From contig OZ237757.1 in NCBI GenBank assembly GCA_965178125.1, positions 496,001-560,000 on the forward strand: DNA of 64,000 bases, written 5' to 3'. The position numbers and the translations under genes are program-made. The notes below the pieces were generated by a model. The model saw only the letters and a program-made list of their open reading frames with translations. It had not been told where the DNA came from and did no database searches. This document shows, piece after piece, positions 49,501-61,644 of this stretch (its first letter is position 1; each line of letters starts with the position of its first letter). Origin of the DNA: Bilabrum cf. latius (taxonomy: Eukaryota).

Positions 49501-52500
49501 TGCACAATGGCCAGGAAGGACCCGGAGGCGGGGCCATTCTCGAAATCGACGGGGTGACCAGTGCCTGTGGGCCGCTGTGGAGACGAGAAGTTGAGCGACA
49601 GTTGACCCGAGGTCTCGTCCAGCAGCAACATCCCGTCAGTTCCGTCAAAGTCCAGATGGAAGGTCAGCGCATCATCCTCGGGATCATCTGCCAGCCCCAC
49701 GAGCGGCTACCCGACCGGCGTCATGGGTTGGCAGTTCTCCTGCACAACAAAGCTCTGGGCGGGCAGCGTGGGAGGCTCGTTCACGTCCTGCACGTACACC
49801 GTGACGTTTATGTCGGTGTAGGCCGAGAACCCATTCACGCCGATCCGAATGGTCAGTTCAAACTCCTCCTTGACCTCATAGTCCAGCTGGCTCTGGTCGA
49901 ACACCCGCAGCTGCCCGTCGCACAGCCCGATGCGGAAGGCCTCCATGGCATCACCCGCCACGATGCTGAACTCCATCTGCTCGTCCGCCTCCAGTGAGGC
50001 GCGGACGGGATCCCCCACTGCTGTGTTCCTGGGCGAATTCTCGGTCACGTTGCGCTCCTGGTCCACAGCCACAGGGGGCCGGATGAGGCACTGCGGCGGG
50101 CCCTGGGGCTGCTGGAGGGCCCCATTGGCCATGCACCTCGACACGGAGGTCCCGTTGGAATCGAAGCCCTTGCGGCAGGTGAACCCGCACTCGTCCTGGT
50201 AGAAGAGCTGCCTGCATCCACTGACCGAGTCGCCACCGCCCACCAGGCAGGGCGCATCCACACGCAGGTTGTCGAACTCGGCGGGGCCCAGCGCCCACAG
50301 TCCCGCGTCGCCCGAAGCGATGGATCCATCCGAGGCCGTCATGACACGTGCTCCATCCAGCCGTACTTCCATGTCCTCACCGTTCAGCAGCACCTCCAGC
50401 TTGTGCTTGTCCTGTGGGTCGGACGAGTCCAGCCGGCGCAGAGACACGCCCGATGTCGCGATCTCCACGTCGTCGGATGCAGCCCCCGTTCGTCGTACGA
50501 TGCGGTGGATCCCGGACCTGAACCCGATCGATGCATAGTAAAAGAGACCAGGAGTGGCTGCCCGGAAAACCAACCCGGCATCATCTTCCGATCTCAGGTC
50601 CACAGACACAGAGTACTCCACGTCTTGCGCGCGAGGGTCAGGATCGGTCAGCAGCGCCACCATGCCCTCGTTGTCCATGAGGCACTCGCCATCGCTCGGT
50701 GGAGGCATGGCCAGCATGCGGCCGTCCACCACGTGCCAGTAGTCGGTCAGCGGGAACTTGGCCTGGTCCGATGACGCAAACCGCTTCATGGCAGAGTCGG
50801 CAATCTCAAAGTCCTCGGCTGCCACGGCCTGCTTGCAGGATTCGGAGCCAGAAGGGGCGGGAAGAGCGGGGCACTGCTTCACACACTCGAGAGGCTCCGT
50901 GGTCCAGTCGCCATACCGGCAAACAGCAGTAGATTCCCCGGATGATTCGACATAGCCAGGGAGGCACGAGTGAGTGCAGATGTCACCGTTGCGAGCATTC
51001 GTGCATGTACCAACGCTAGCCGTGTTGGCCGGCTGCCGATCGTCGCACTTGTTGTCTGCCAGCACCTAGACCTCACAAAGCTCCAGAAAAGTCCACTTTG
51101 GCGGCGTGACAATCCACACGTACCGGCCAATTGCGTTGCATTTCAGAAGTCTGGTTAGACCTGACCACGCGTTGAGGCTGCCTTCACACAGCTTGTTGTT
51201 GTTGAAGTTGTTGGGGTCATCACCCACGTACGCCACAGTGCCAAAGCTTCTTTCATAGCAGCAGTCCCTCCGCTGGTACACCCGGATTGTGTCCACCTTG
51301 TACTTGGCCTCGAGGTCGATGCGGATCCTGGGCTAGTATGCCCAAGCCCCGTGCATGCAGCGGCCAGATCTCATCGCTCCATTTCCATTGTAGCCGTCCA
51401 CGGCTTTCGAAGCCCAATACCTGTTGTATATTCCACCCCATTCTCGGACAGGCTTTTGCCTAGCCACGTTCTCCAGCCCGAACTCAAGCGGGTTGGTGGG
51501 CACTACCCAGTTGCTGTAGTCAGACCAGTCGCCCAGCCCAGCCTCTGTCACTGCGGCCGTCTGGAACTTGTAGTTGATCCCCTTGGACAGCATGGGAGAC
51601 GTTGCACGGAGCTTGCCGCTGGGAGTGCCTGTGGGGGTGAGGCCAGCGAGGGGTGCGAGGCGAGTCACTCCGCTCGCTGGGCAGTCCTGCACAGAGACCT
51701 TGATGTCGTCGATGTAAAAAACCTAGTCTGCGTTCGTCCAAGACTTCGCAAAGATCACCAGCTTGCCTTTGCTGACCCTGCCGCCCCTTCGCATGTGTCC
51801 CATCCAGAACCCGCCTTCATACAGGTCCCTCCAGTTGTTGTCGTTAGGGCCTCGGTAGAATGCCGTTACACGATCCTCTCCTGGGTCGTACTTCATTCGC
51901 AGAGTGAGTTCCCTGTCGTTGGCACCAGCACCAATAGTTTTGGTTCGCTGGCCATATCCATTCTGCTCGAAGTATACCCGCATGTTATTCTGTCCTGCTA
52001 CACGACCATACATCATGTACACACGCAGCTGCCCATACTCGGGCATTGAAGGGTTATCCTCGACGAGACCGATGCCGAGGCCTGCATATCCGTGCGGCAA
52101 CGCGCCATCACCAACCCACACCTTAACTTGCACGTCCCACATGTTGCCTTTGAATCCACTAGTCGCGTCATCGATGCCAGCTGGCCAAGGCACGAAGATC
52201 CGGGGACAGTCGTTCTCGGACCACCAGCAGTTGCCTCGCTCCTTCATGTCCCACTTCACGTACCCGCTGCCCCCGGACTTATCGCGACCAGGCTCAAACG
52301 TGATCGTGTTGGTGCTCTTGCCGTAGTTGCTGTACGTCCAGCCGGCAGGGAGCTCGCCGTCACTGAAGTCCGTGCCAACGTACGTATCGCCCGCCCGCAC
52401 TGCGTAGTGGGTGGCACTCGTGTACGTGCCGAAGTCGGTCGGCGGGTCCCATGTCACCGTTGCAGTGCGACCGCTGATGGTGGCTGACACACTCGTGGGC

Positions 52501-54884
52501 GCATCGGCTGTTTCGGCCTTGCAAACTGGAGAGAAGCCCGAGTAGTACCCAGTCAGCTCGCACGTCACAGGCGGGCCACCCGCCGGGTTGGCCACCTCGA
52601 ATCCGTTCGAGCACTCGTAGTAGCACGACCCGCGGAAGCAGTCCTTACTCGTCACTCCCGCTAAGTTCAGATCGCTGCAGGCAGGCAGCTGCATCCTGTA
52701 TGCGCCCTCCACGCGGTCGGAAGATACGAGAGCGCCCGACCTGCCGCCAAGCAAGATGAGAGACCCATCGCCTGCAGGGGCCAGCGATGCGAATCCACGT
52801 GCGGCGGGGGCCTGGCCCACGATTTTCAGGGCCCCGTTGAACTCAAAGGTGCGCAGATCCAGGGCGTGCACGTCTCCCAGGGCAGATCCATCCGCATCGA
52901 TGCCACCGTAGATCCAGGCAACGCCGCGATGCTGCGTGGCGGCGTGACCGAAGCGGGGCACGGGCAGGTTGCGGACAGGCATCGCGTACACTTCGGCTTC
53001 GCAAATGGTCAAGGTGTTGCCTGCTTTAGGCTGAACGAACCAGACATACCTGCCGGTCCGCTTGCAGGTCACATCGGCGGTCTTCGCGATGGGACTCGGC
53101 ACGTCTCCGTCGCATTCGGTGTTGAGGTCGTACCTCTCCTTGTTGTTCCCCACCCACACGGAGATCTGCTTGGATCGGTCCCTGCAGCACCCGTCCTCGC
53201 GGTCGTAGATCTTCACCCGGGTCAGGTCGAACGTCTTCTCGAGATCGATCCTCACCCAGTGGTGCGTGCCTGAGTGACCGCCCGAGTGGGTGCACGACTT
53301 GAAGCGGCTGTGGCTCTGATCCTTGGTTCCATCGTTGATCTTGGCGGCAGTTCCTTCCCACGCCTGCTGCGTGGCAGCGGTGGGCTTGCCGCTGGCCACC
53401 TCGATCTCTCCGTTGTTGATGGACTTCCACTTCCACGGCTGCGGGCCCATGACCATGAGCTCGCACACGTCCAGCCGCTTGTCGGCTCCACGCAGGAAGG
53501 CATGTACATACCGTCCCACAGCCCCGGTGCAGGTGACCACGGTAGGCACCGGCAACCTGCCAGTGTACGGGTTGTTGCACTCGGTGAAGGAAGAAGTGCC
53601 CTCACCATCCAGCGGGTCCGTGCGGTGGTTATTCACGGAGAACCGCACTCCATTCGGGTTGTCTGGACGCCAGTCCGAGCGGCGGTAGAAGCGGATCTCA
53701 GACACCTCTCTTGGACCCCCGAGGTCCACCGACAGCGACGGGTTCGATTCAGTCTTGCCTCCAGCGCACTGCTCGTTGGTTGACACCGTCGACAGTAGCC
53801 CGTCCACAGCCCGCTCTGGCTTGAATCTCGAGTTGCCATTAGAGCTGGTCTGGTACACGGGCTGTCCCTTGGCGATGTTGGCGAGATCCCCGGATCCCCT
53901 GAACCCCACCGAGCTGATCGCCCACACGTGGTTGGTTGCGTCCTCGGCGTCGGGTCCAGTGCGGCCCCCGAACAGCACGGCCATGCGGCCAGTGGGGTCA
54001 GCCGTGAGAGAGTGGTCGAAGCGGCCCGCGGGTGCATCGCTCTGGGCTGCCGCGGGTGCTTCCCACTCGAGAGGAGTGCTGTCGGGCTTGAGCACGGCGG
54101 TACTCGCGTGGATGGTGGAGCCGTCTCCCTACCCGCCGTTGACGAGCAAGCAGTCCTCACCCAACGCCTCGCAGTCGCGCAGCACAGTGGCTGCCGCGTA
54201 TCGCCGAGGGCTCGTCAGAACTGTTGGATTTATGGTTTCCCATGTTAATGAGGCTGCGGGGTCCAATCGGATGCTTGAAATCTACCACTGGCTAAATGAA
54301 GTGAGTTGGATCCACTGACGCGTCTCGACTCCGGGGATACTATCTTCGCATACGTGTTCAAATATTGGGCTAAGCCAAACAGTAAAACCAAATATACACT
54401 TTCTCACATGTTGGCATTTTGTAGGTAGTCCGCGTTGCAGCTGACCTGGCGCTATTTTCTCCGCCGTATGCATACACGACAGTCTTGCCTTGTGCGACTG
54501 CAACCCCGTTTTTCGAGGGTTGCACAGACGAACCAAAGTCTTGAGTGCGAGCGACACCGTCTGCAAGGAAATTATTGGAAATTTCAATTATGGAGGCGGG
54601 CTTTATGGCTCCCGTTCGGGCGGGCTAGCATGCAATGACCTTGGCACTGGTGTTTTGGTTCGTGCACCCAACAGTGGTCACTCACGCTGGTCAACCTCAA
54701 TGAGAGAAGCTGCTCCAGAGCCAGCATCTCCACCAAAGAACATCGCTGAAGCATTTGTAGACACCGATCTTGCTCCACTTCGTAGCTTTAGTGCCGATCC
54801 TGAAGCAGAAAGCTCGAACACAGCCACATCAGCGGCACGCGTCAACGCGAAGAGCACTAGGATTAGGGAAAACTCGGATAGCAT
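40569..54884 (-). CDS. Giant multidomain surface receptor/adhesin, copy B, ~4678 aa (exons 54884-54686, 54560-54408, 54253-40569)
   Basis: Inverted paralogue of copy A with the same two phase-1 intron positions. Nine in-frame TAGs. Ends at TGA 40569-40571. Confidence 0.9.
40587..54227 (-). repeat. Right arm of the ~13.7-kb inverted repeat
   Basis: Same evidence as the left arm. The arms are separated by a ~1.45-kb spacer that is not part of the repeat. Confidence 0.95.
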
Positions 54885-55111
54885 ACTGCTAAAGAGCACA
54901 GTAACTAAATTAACTCTCAAGCAGCTGGACCAAGTCTGCGGTCCAGACACGCCCAAGAACACTGGGCGACGAATGAGCAGAGCGCCACGAGTCAAGCGTG
55001 CATTGCGGAACTCAACTGTAGTCGCGGCGCCGGCCTCGACCCGGAATCTGGAGCGTGTGGTGCTGTTCTGTGTTTTTGCTTGATTGAAGCCAGAAAAACT
55101 GCGTAGAGTGC

Positions 55112-56377
55112 ATGCAATACTTATGGATTAAGAACATCTTGAATACATGTCAACGACGACTATCCGGTTTTGCCTCTTTGTCCAGAATTGGACAAGTTGC
55201 CAGCTGCTTTTCGCGAAGCAGGGACGCGCCGCGACAGGGGGCTTTGGCCCATTCGCTTCGGTGCAAAGTATCGATTGATTCTGAGTTATCGCCGGCAATA
55301 CTCCGAGGTCTAGATCAGTTTTCGCACGCATGGCTTCTCTACGAGTTTCACCATGCTTCGCGGAGTGGCGTTCGGGCCACTGTGAGGCCGCCAGCACTCG
55401 GGGGTAAGAGGGTTGGTACACTCGCCACCAGGAGTCCGCATCGTCCCTCCAGAATTGGTTTATGCTTGGGAAAGGTGTTCAGAGTCCGCTGTAATGAAGG
55501 CGAACCCGGCGAGGTTCTGATGTCGGGTTGCGATGCCGTAGACGGCTCTCCTGTGCTGGACATCAAGCCATGGATCCCGGCTGTTGATGTACCACGGGAG
55601 TTCATGGCATCGTGCTTCCTGGGAGTGGAACAAGATCTGTCAGCAGCCGCCCCGCAATGGGTGGCTCAGCCTTGGAAATCCTCGCAGTGCCAGGTCCGTT
55701 GGCAGCGGGCAGCAGAGACGCAGCTCGAGTGCCTGGGCCCGTGGTTGGCAGCGAGGAGCAGGCCACATTGCTTGAAGTTATATTCAAATGCGTTTGATTC
55801 TGGTCCCCGTGGCACTCCCTCTCGGATCGATGCAGACGATCTGCGGACGGCTGTGGAGCAGGTGCTGGCAGCAGATCTGCGGCCTGGCTTCCAACGAGCG
55901 CAACCACTTGCAGACTCTGAGATAGGTCTTGATGCAACGGACCGCTCTGATTTCTCTATCTTATGCTCAACAAAGAACGCTGCGGGGCCTGCTGACATTC
56001 AGGCAAGTACTGATGCCGAGGCCCAGGCCGAGCTTGGAGGGGTCAAGCCCGCAGCAGGATTCAGCCTCGCGGAACACACGTTTGCAATCGTGATGGATGG
56101 CATCGAGTTCTTGTACCAGATCAAAGGCAAGGGTCCCAAGTTAGATCCAGCGAGCAAATTGACCGATAGACGGGGCCAAAGCTCAAGCAGTGGCGAAATC
56201 CCGGTGGATGCTTGCGGCGACTAGCTGCCTCACCCTTCAGAGAGTAGCCCGGATGATGGACCCTCTGATGATAATCACATGTCATGGCACAAGACGATTC
56301 AACCCTCACATATAGACATCATTGGGTTGCATCCTGTGGGTCATTTGATTCGTAGAAGCAAGGAAGGGCGCGCCTAA
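55112..56377 (+). CDS. TRMO: tRNA (adenine(37)-N6)-methyltransferase TrmO/TsaA-like, ~421 aa
   Basis: IGQVASCF..APRQG, LRGLDQFSHAWLLYEFH, VRPPALGGKRVGTLATRSPHRPSRIGL and DAVDGSPVLDIKPWIP. The frame continues through TAG 56222 to TAA 56375-56377. Confidence 0.9.
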
Positions 56378-56903
56378 ATGGTTATGCTTTGGAGGCCTGT
56401 GAGAGGACTGTGGTGCTGGGAGACACACCTGGATCAACACAGCCGCACTGGAAGTCATAGCCAGTGCTTATGCTAAAAATGCTCCGATGCTCACGCATAC
56501 TGTTCCAAGCCAGATGTACAGGCTTGCACAAAACCTCTCAGAATTTACCGGCATCGCTTGAGTTCCTCGGTTCGGCTTGGCCAACGTCGCAAGCTCAGGT
56601 GGTGATTTCTTTGCGCCCAGGTGGCCTGTGTCGACAGACAATTAGATAGAGGTGCGCGTTGCAGAGGCGGATAGGGCATGCGGGTGGTGTCACACAGTAA
56701 GGTGTGGCAGAGATGTAGCGGCGACGACCGGACGGAACAGGCAGCAGTGACTAGGGATAGGATCGCGGCCGTTGGGTTGGCGGGTCCGGGACACGCAGAG
56801 GAGCGGAGGGCCAGCTTGGACCAATGTCAGTCTCAGGTCGTCTCAAGACACACGGGCAGCGGTCAGAGATGGCCCAGCGGGTAGGATGCGGGGTGCGGTG
56901 TTT

Positions 56904-57222
56904 GTTGGTGAGGCCAATGAGGTCTCTGAGATTGAGGTCGCGCGGTGGGCGCAGGACCCGCTCGAGGTACAGGCTCAAATGCGACGTAAGGATGCGGAGG
57001 AGCGAGAGAGAGAATAGATATATCTGTATCAAAGCACACACTACCCAACTGCAACGAGAGAGAGAGAGAGAGAGAGAGCGGCTAGTGAGGAGGAGGCACA
57101 AAAGCGGCGGCAACGAGGGGTGGGCGAAGAGAGGGAGGGGGGGCGGGTGAGGTGAGGTGAGGACGGAGCAGAGGGAGAGGGAGCGACGGTTCAATGAAAG
57201 GGGGGGGGGGGGGGGGGATGAG
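56904..57222 (+). repeat. Degenerate dispersed repeat, copy 2, with a (GA)n microsatellite and a poly-G tract
   Basis: Homologous to 39612-39802 in the same orientation. (GA)n at ~57055-57078 and a G-run at ~57199-57217. Confidence 0.75.
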
Positions 57223-57703
57223 CGGGCTTGTGCACAAGGTTTCCCACGCAGAGGGGGCCCGCAATGGTGGTCAGATCCGAGGATGCGCCCTTCGTGGCCG
57301 ATAGTCGCGGTTCAGAGGAATAATCTGTCTCCGGATCAGCTCAAGTTGTGGGTGCGGGCATGAGGTGTGCATGCTTTGTACGTGGGTGTGCGGCAAAGCA
57401 AAAAGCGGAAAGCAAAGTTCACCTACATACGTACAAGACCAAACATGAGCTTTGGAATCGAAGCTGCAGGCCTGTCAACGGCAGGTGGCAGGCGTCTTGA
57501 TCGCATCCGGGCGAAAAATCTAGATCCCCGAATCGCTGCTGTTCGGTGAGGAGCAGTCCCACTCAACACAGCAGCGAGACGAGCTAGCGAGGGAGATGCA
57601 AAAGCAAGTAGATCAAACAGGGCCCATGATGGACCCGCGAGAGATTCGAACAGCTCTGCATGCGAGCGAAGTTCGACAGACTGCAACACTTCACGGGTCG
57701 TCT

Positions 57704-60700
57704 TCATTCTGTCGGGTCTATCGCGCCGTCTTGCCCAGCTGGGCCGTCCGGTGTGGTTGGCCCTCCACCACCGCGCTGTTGGCCGTCATGGTCGGTCTGC
57801 TCTCCACCAACATGCTATTGGGCTCGCACATCCTGCGCAGTTTGGCGATGTCCATGCTGGTGGGAATGCTACGCGCCAGCACCCTCGGCCTGCAGCTCGG
57901 GGCTGGTAGGGTTTACAGCATTAAGCATCTTCTTAAGGAGCGACAGCAGTTGGACGTCTCGGTCCAGATTACCGCTTTGAAGGGACTCAGTGGCAGAGTG
58001 AACCTTGCTGCGCTGCTTGGAGTCTTTGATGAAGCCATCGCATGGCAGCAGGGGGTCGAGCGCTTCAAATCCTGCATTCCCCATGGCAAAAGCCAGATCG
58101 TCGACTTTCTTCAGGGATGGATCGATCATATCGCACTACTTCTTGATGGATTCTTCGGTGCCATCGCATTGGGACTGCCCAAGAAGGAGGCCACCTTGCA
58201 CATTGGCTTGCTCAGCGGTGTACTCCGCGTAGTCCTTCTCAAGAAGTATCGTCTCGAGCTTTACGAGGGCTTGCTGCGCGGCCACTCGGTCAGGACCGCC
58301 CCGCACGCAGACTGAGTCCTGCTCCTTGGCACTGCCCCATGCATCTGAGCCGCGCACGGATGATCGTTGATCTGCACCAAAGAATCTAAAGTGCTCTTTC
58401 GGGATCTTTGAATCTGCATCGCGGAGACTGTTGCCTGTTCCGAGCAATGAAGCGTGCAGCACCCGAGTAACCGCGGCAGCCATGTTGAGAATGGACTCTG
58501 GGGACGTATCACTACTTGTGGTGCGATGCTGACGATGGTGGTGATCATGGACGTTGTCGTGATGGCGAAGGTGACGATGGCGCAGGTGCTGATTAGAGTG
58601 GTGGTGTCGACCGGCCCGCTAGAGCAGCAGTAGCGATGCACCCTGGTTTCTTCCACTTGATCCGTCGACGCCTGGATTCGAGTCTTGCCCGCTAATCGGT
58701 GCCCTAGTAACAGAGGTGCTGGACGATGCAGCTTCTGGCAGGCTCCAGTCAAGCAAGTGAGGTGTATTCCTCACTGTCGCGGCGTGTGCGTCACCAAGGA
58801 TACCACTCGCCGCAAGTTCCTGCGCAGCTTGGCGGCCTGCCTTGCTATGAAGCACTCCTGGTGGTAGTAACTGCAAGTGGGTTGCACTGTCTAGCACTGG
58901 CACTGGGGTGAACAATTTCGCAACAGTGCGTTGCAGACCCTCCGTGACGAATCGCATGGCCTGGAGCGATGCATGGTATGCCCGGTAGCTGAACGAGGTC
59001 TCGGTATGTGACTCTCCCGCGGTGTCTCCTAGCGGGAGTAGGAGAATTGATGCAGCATCTGACGACAGCGCACCCACGGGCAGACAAGCAAAGGCCTGCT
59101 CAAGCGTGAGCATCCGGTCAGCGAAGCGGTCGTACACAACCCAGCTCTTCGAAATATCGCTGAAGAAGACAGCAACTCCGTAGTCCCCAATACCAGTTCC
59201 TGGCTGTGTGCGTTTTGTTGAGGTGCAGCTGGCTTGAACTACTATAACTGCTTTCTCTGGCAACAGCATTGTGTCGTAGGCGATGGCTGCCGCTACTAGA
59301 CCATCACCTGCGGTGCGGCTCGTGGTTGACCTGGACGAGCGGGTAGCATGCACCCAGCTTTCCTTGGTTTTCTTCGATTCCACTGCGGCCTATAGCACGA
59401 GATCTTTCCCGCGTGCTGCTGGACACTTTGCGATGCCTGACTGGGTTTGACAGCAAGCTAATCCTAGCTGCTCGAGCGTGCCGGCTGATGAGGCTGTGTT
59501 GGTGATACCTGGCAGCTGGCTGCACACCTCACCGTTGTGGCGGCTTGCCACTAGAGTTGCTGTTCGAAGGGCTGTGCCGAAAGACTGAAATTTGATGCAT
59601 GCATAGTTGGTATCGCTACAGATCTGCTCTAGAGCGTCCTGCTCCAGCCGTGCGGTCCCACCAGCTCCAGGTTGCTCTTGCCGCTGCTGGTTGAGACCAC
59701 GCAGAGCCATAGCGACACGCTTTTCCAAGGGAGCGTCCGCGGAGGAAGCGGCGTTGGTCGATCTGAAAACTTGTGCCAGGTTGGATCGCATGCGTGCGTT
59801 GTTGTCCGAAGAGCACTTCTCGCTCACGGGGAAGTACCTCCAGGTGTCCTCGCTCTCTGAATGTATCACAACGCCATCCGAGTACAGAGATCTGGACCAC
59901 TCGTTCGCTCCGACAAGCTCCATGGAGCTTTGCTCCAATCCTGAAGGTGAAGTGAAGCCGTTCACGAGGCCGACGAGTCCGCCGTGCAAGGTCGCCGTGA
60001 GGGTTTCTTTGCTGCGGCTGGACGATTGCTCAGTGGACCGCTTCCACTTGTCCTTGTAGTGAGCTTCGAGCGACGGGATTTCCTCCACCATAGATTGCAG
60101 AGCCATGGCAGTCAGGTCTTGCGCTGTTGAGACCGCGCCCTTGCCGATCTTCTCGAGGAGTTTGCTGTTGTAGCCGTCCACCTGCTCCGGGGCACCCAGC
60201 TTGGCATTCTTGAGGTCGCCGCGGGTCTTCTGCACCATCCGAGAGATCGTGCCCCCGTTCCCGTCCTTCTGCTCAACCGTGTGCGTGGTTTGCATGAAGG
60301 TCACCACTGCGTCTGTCTCTTCCTCCACTTGCTACTTCAGCTCGGCACTCGTACTCGTCGCACCCGACATCGACTTGGAGTCTTCGTGGTGGGAGCTGCG
60401 GATTGCTTTCTGAAGCCCGATGCTGCCTCCAACAGACACCCCCGTGCGTATCTGCGAGCCTCGGCTGAGCAAGAACCACCGGGCGGTCTTGCGCGCCGCA
60501 TCAGGGACTTGGTCTGCGGCTTGCCTGGTGCTGGAACTGGCAAACACCTTGCGAAGGGCTTCGTGAGCAGAGTGCAGGGCTGCAACACTTCTGATGTCAC
60601 ACAGGAACTCGGGTGTGAACACATCCGCTGGGTGTGGGCTGTGGCAAGTACGATCTTCACCGACCCCGCAGTCAGGTCGCAGCGTTGGTGCGCGGAGCTC

Positions 60701-61440
60701 GACCGTGTGCATGCGCAGCGAACGCTATGATGATACAAGGTCCACTTGCACGCTGTCAGAACTAGACGAAGAATGCGATAGGGTTGTTGATCCCGACATA
60801 CCAGCCGCCAGGAACGGAATCTAGATCCCAAAGGAGGCGGAACCTCCTGCGACCACTAGCATGTCTTTGGTGGTCGCACTCGTCACTGCGTTCGTCAGCG
60901 CGGCCAAATTTGGCTCCTTTCGGTAGCCAAGGAATGGCGATAACAGCTTGCTGCACTCATCTCCAGCCGTTACCTATATACAATTCTAAGCTACCGACCG
61001 AAACGGTGCTGTCGCATTTAGTGCCGCCAGAACTGCGAAAGAGCTTCGACTCCAAAGATCCCCTACGGCATCTCTGTTTGAGCACTGTCTGCGCCGTATA
61101 GAGCAGTACAGTCGAGAGGCTATTAACACTTTGATGCATTTCATGCGATTTATATGATTATGCTGTTTATTCAAGAACTTGCTCACACAAATGCGGGTCC
61201 GGTGTGAAAACCAGCAATCTGTACAGTCCCCCCGATTTGTTCCATTCCCGGTAGCTATAGTGGAAACGATGAGGCTGGTGTTGTCACAAGGAGGCAAAAA
61301 CTGACCGCAAGCGCAACCAGACCGCATCTGGACTCTAGGGTGGGGGACTTGGGACCGCTACACTTGGTTGCAGAACCATCCACAGCATTCCGCACCAAAT
61401 AGGCGCCGCCATGGCAGCAAATCTTGGACCTCTGTAGCAT
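57704..61440 (-). CDS. MACPF/perforin-like protein 1, ~1212 aa (exons 61440-61187, 61088-57704)
   Basis: Hydrophobic leader followed by LPGMEQIG. MACPF-like signature WFLLSRGSQIRTGVSVGG, then LHGG and EWSRSLYSDGVVI. Six listed ORFs are in frame via ~11 TAGs, ending at TGA. The start codon and family call are inferred from degenerate motifs. Confidence 0.65.
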
Positions 61441-61644
61441 CGAATGCCTTTTGCGTGATTTAGTAGGAAAATTCAATAGAATCTTATGAATCTGTGGGGT
61501 GCAAGGCCTCATCAAGAATCTAGCTGGCTATAATATTAAAGATTCGACACGCTACTGGTTGCTTTCTTCAGAATGAAAACGCCCTATACCCGCCCATACA
61601 CCAATATTTTCCCTGTTAATCGAAGTATCGACCGTGGTATCTTC

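Noticed and set aside
25459-54227. Inverted repeat as the terminal repeats of a transposon, Polinton or virophage
   Set aside because: The arms are coding exons of a cellular-type gene. No transposase, integrase, polymerase or capsid gene lies between them.
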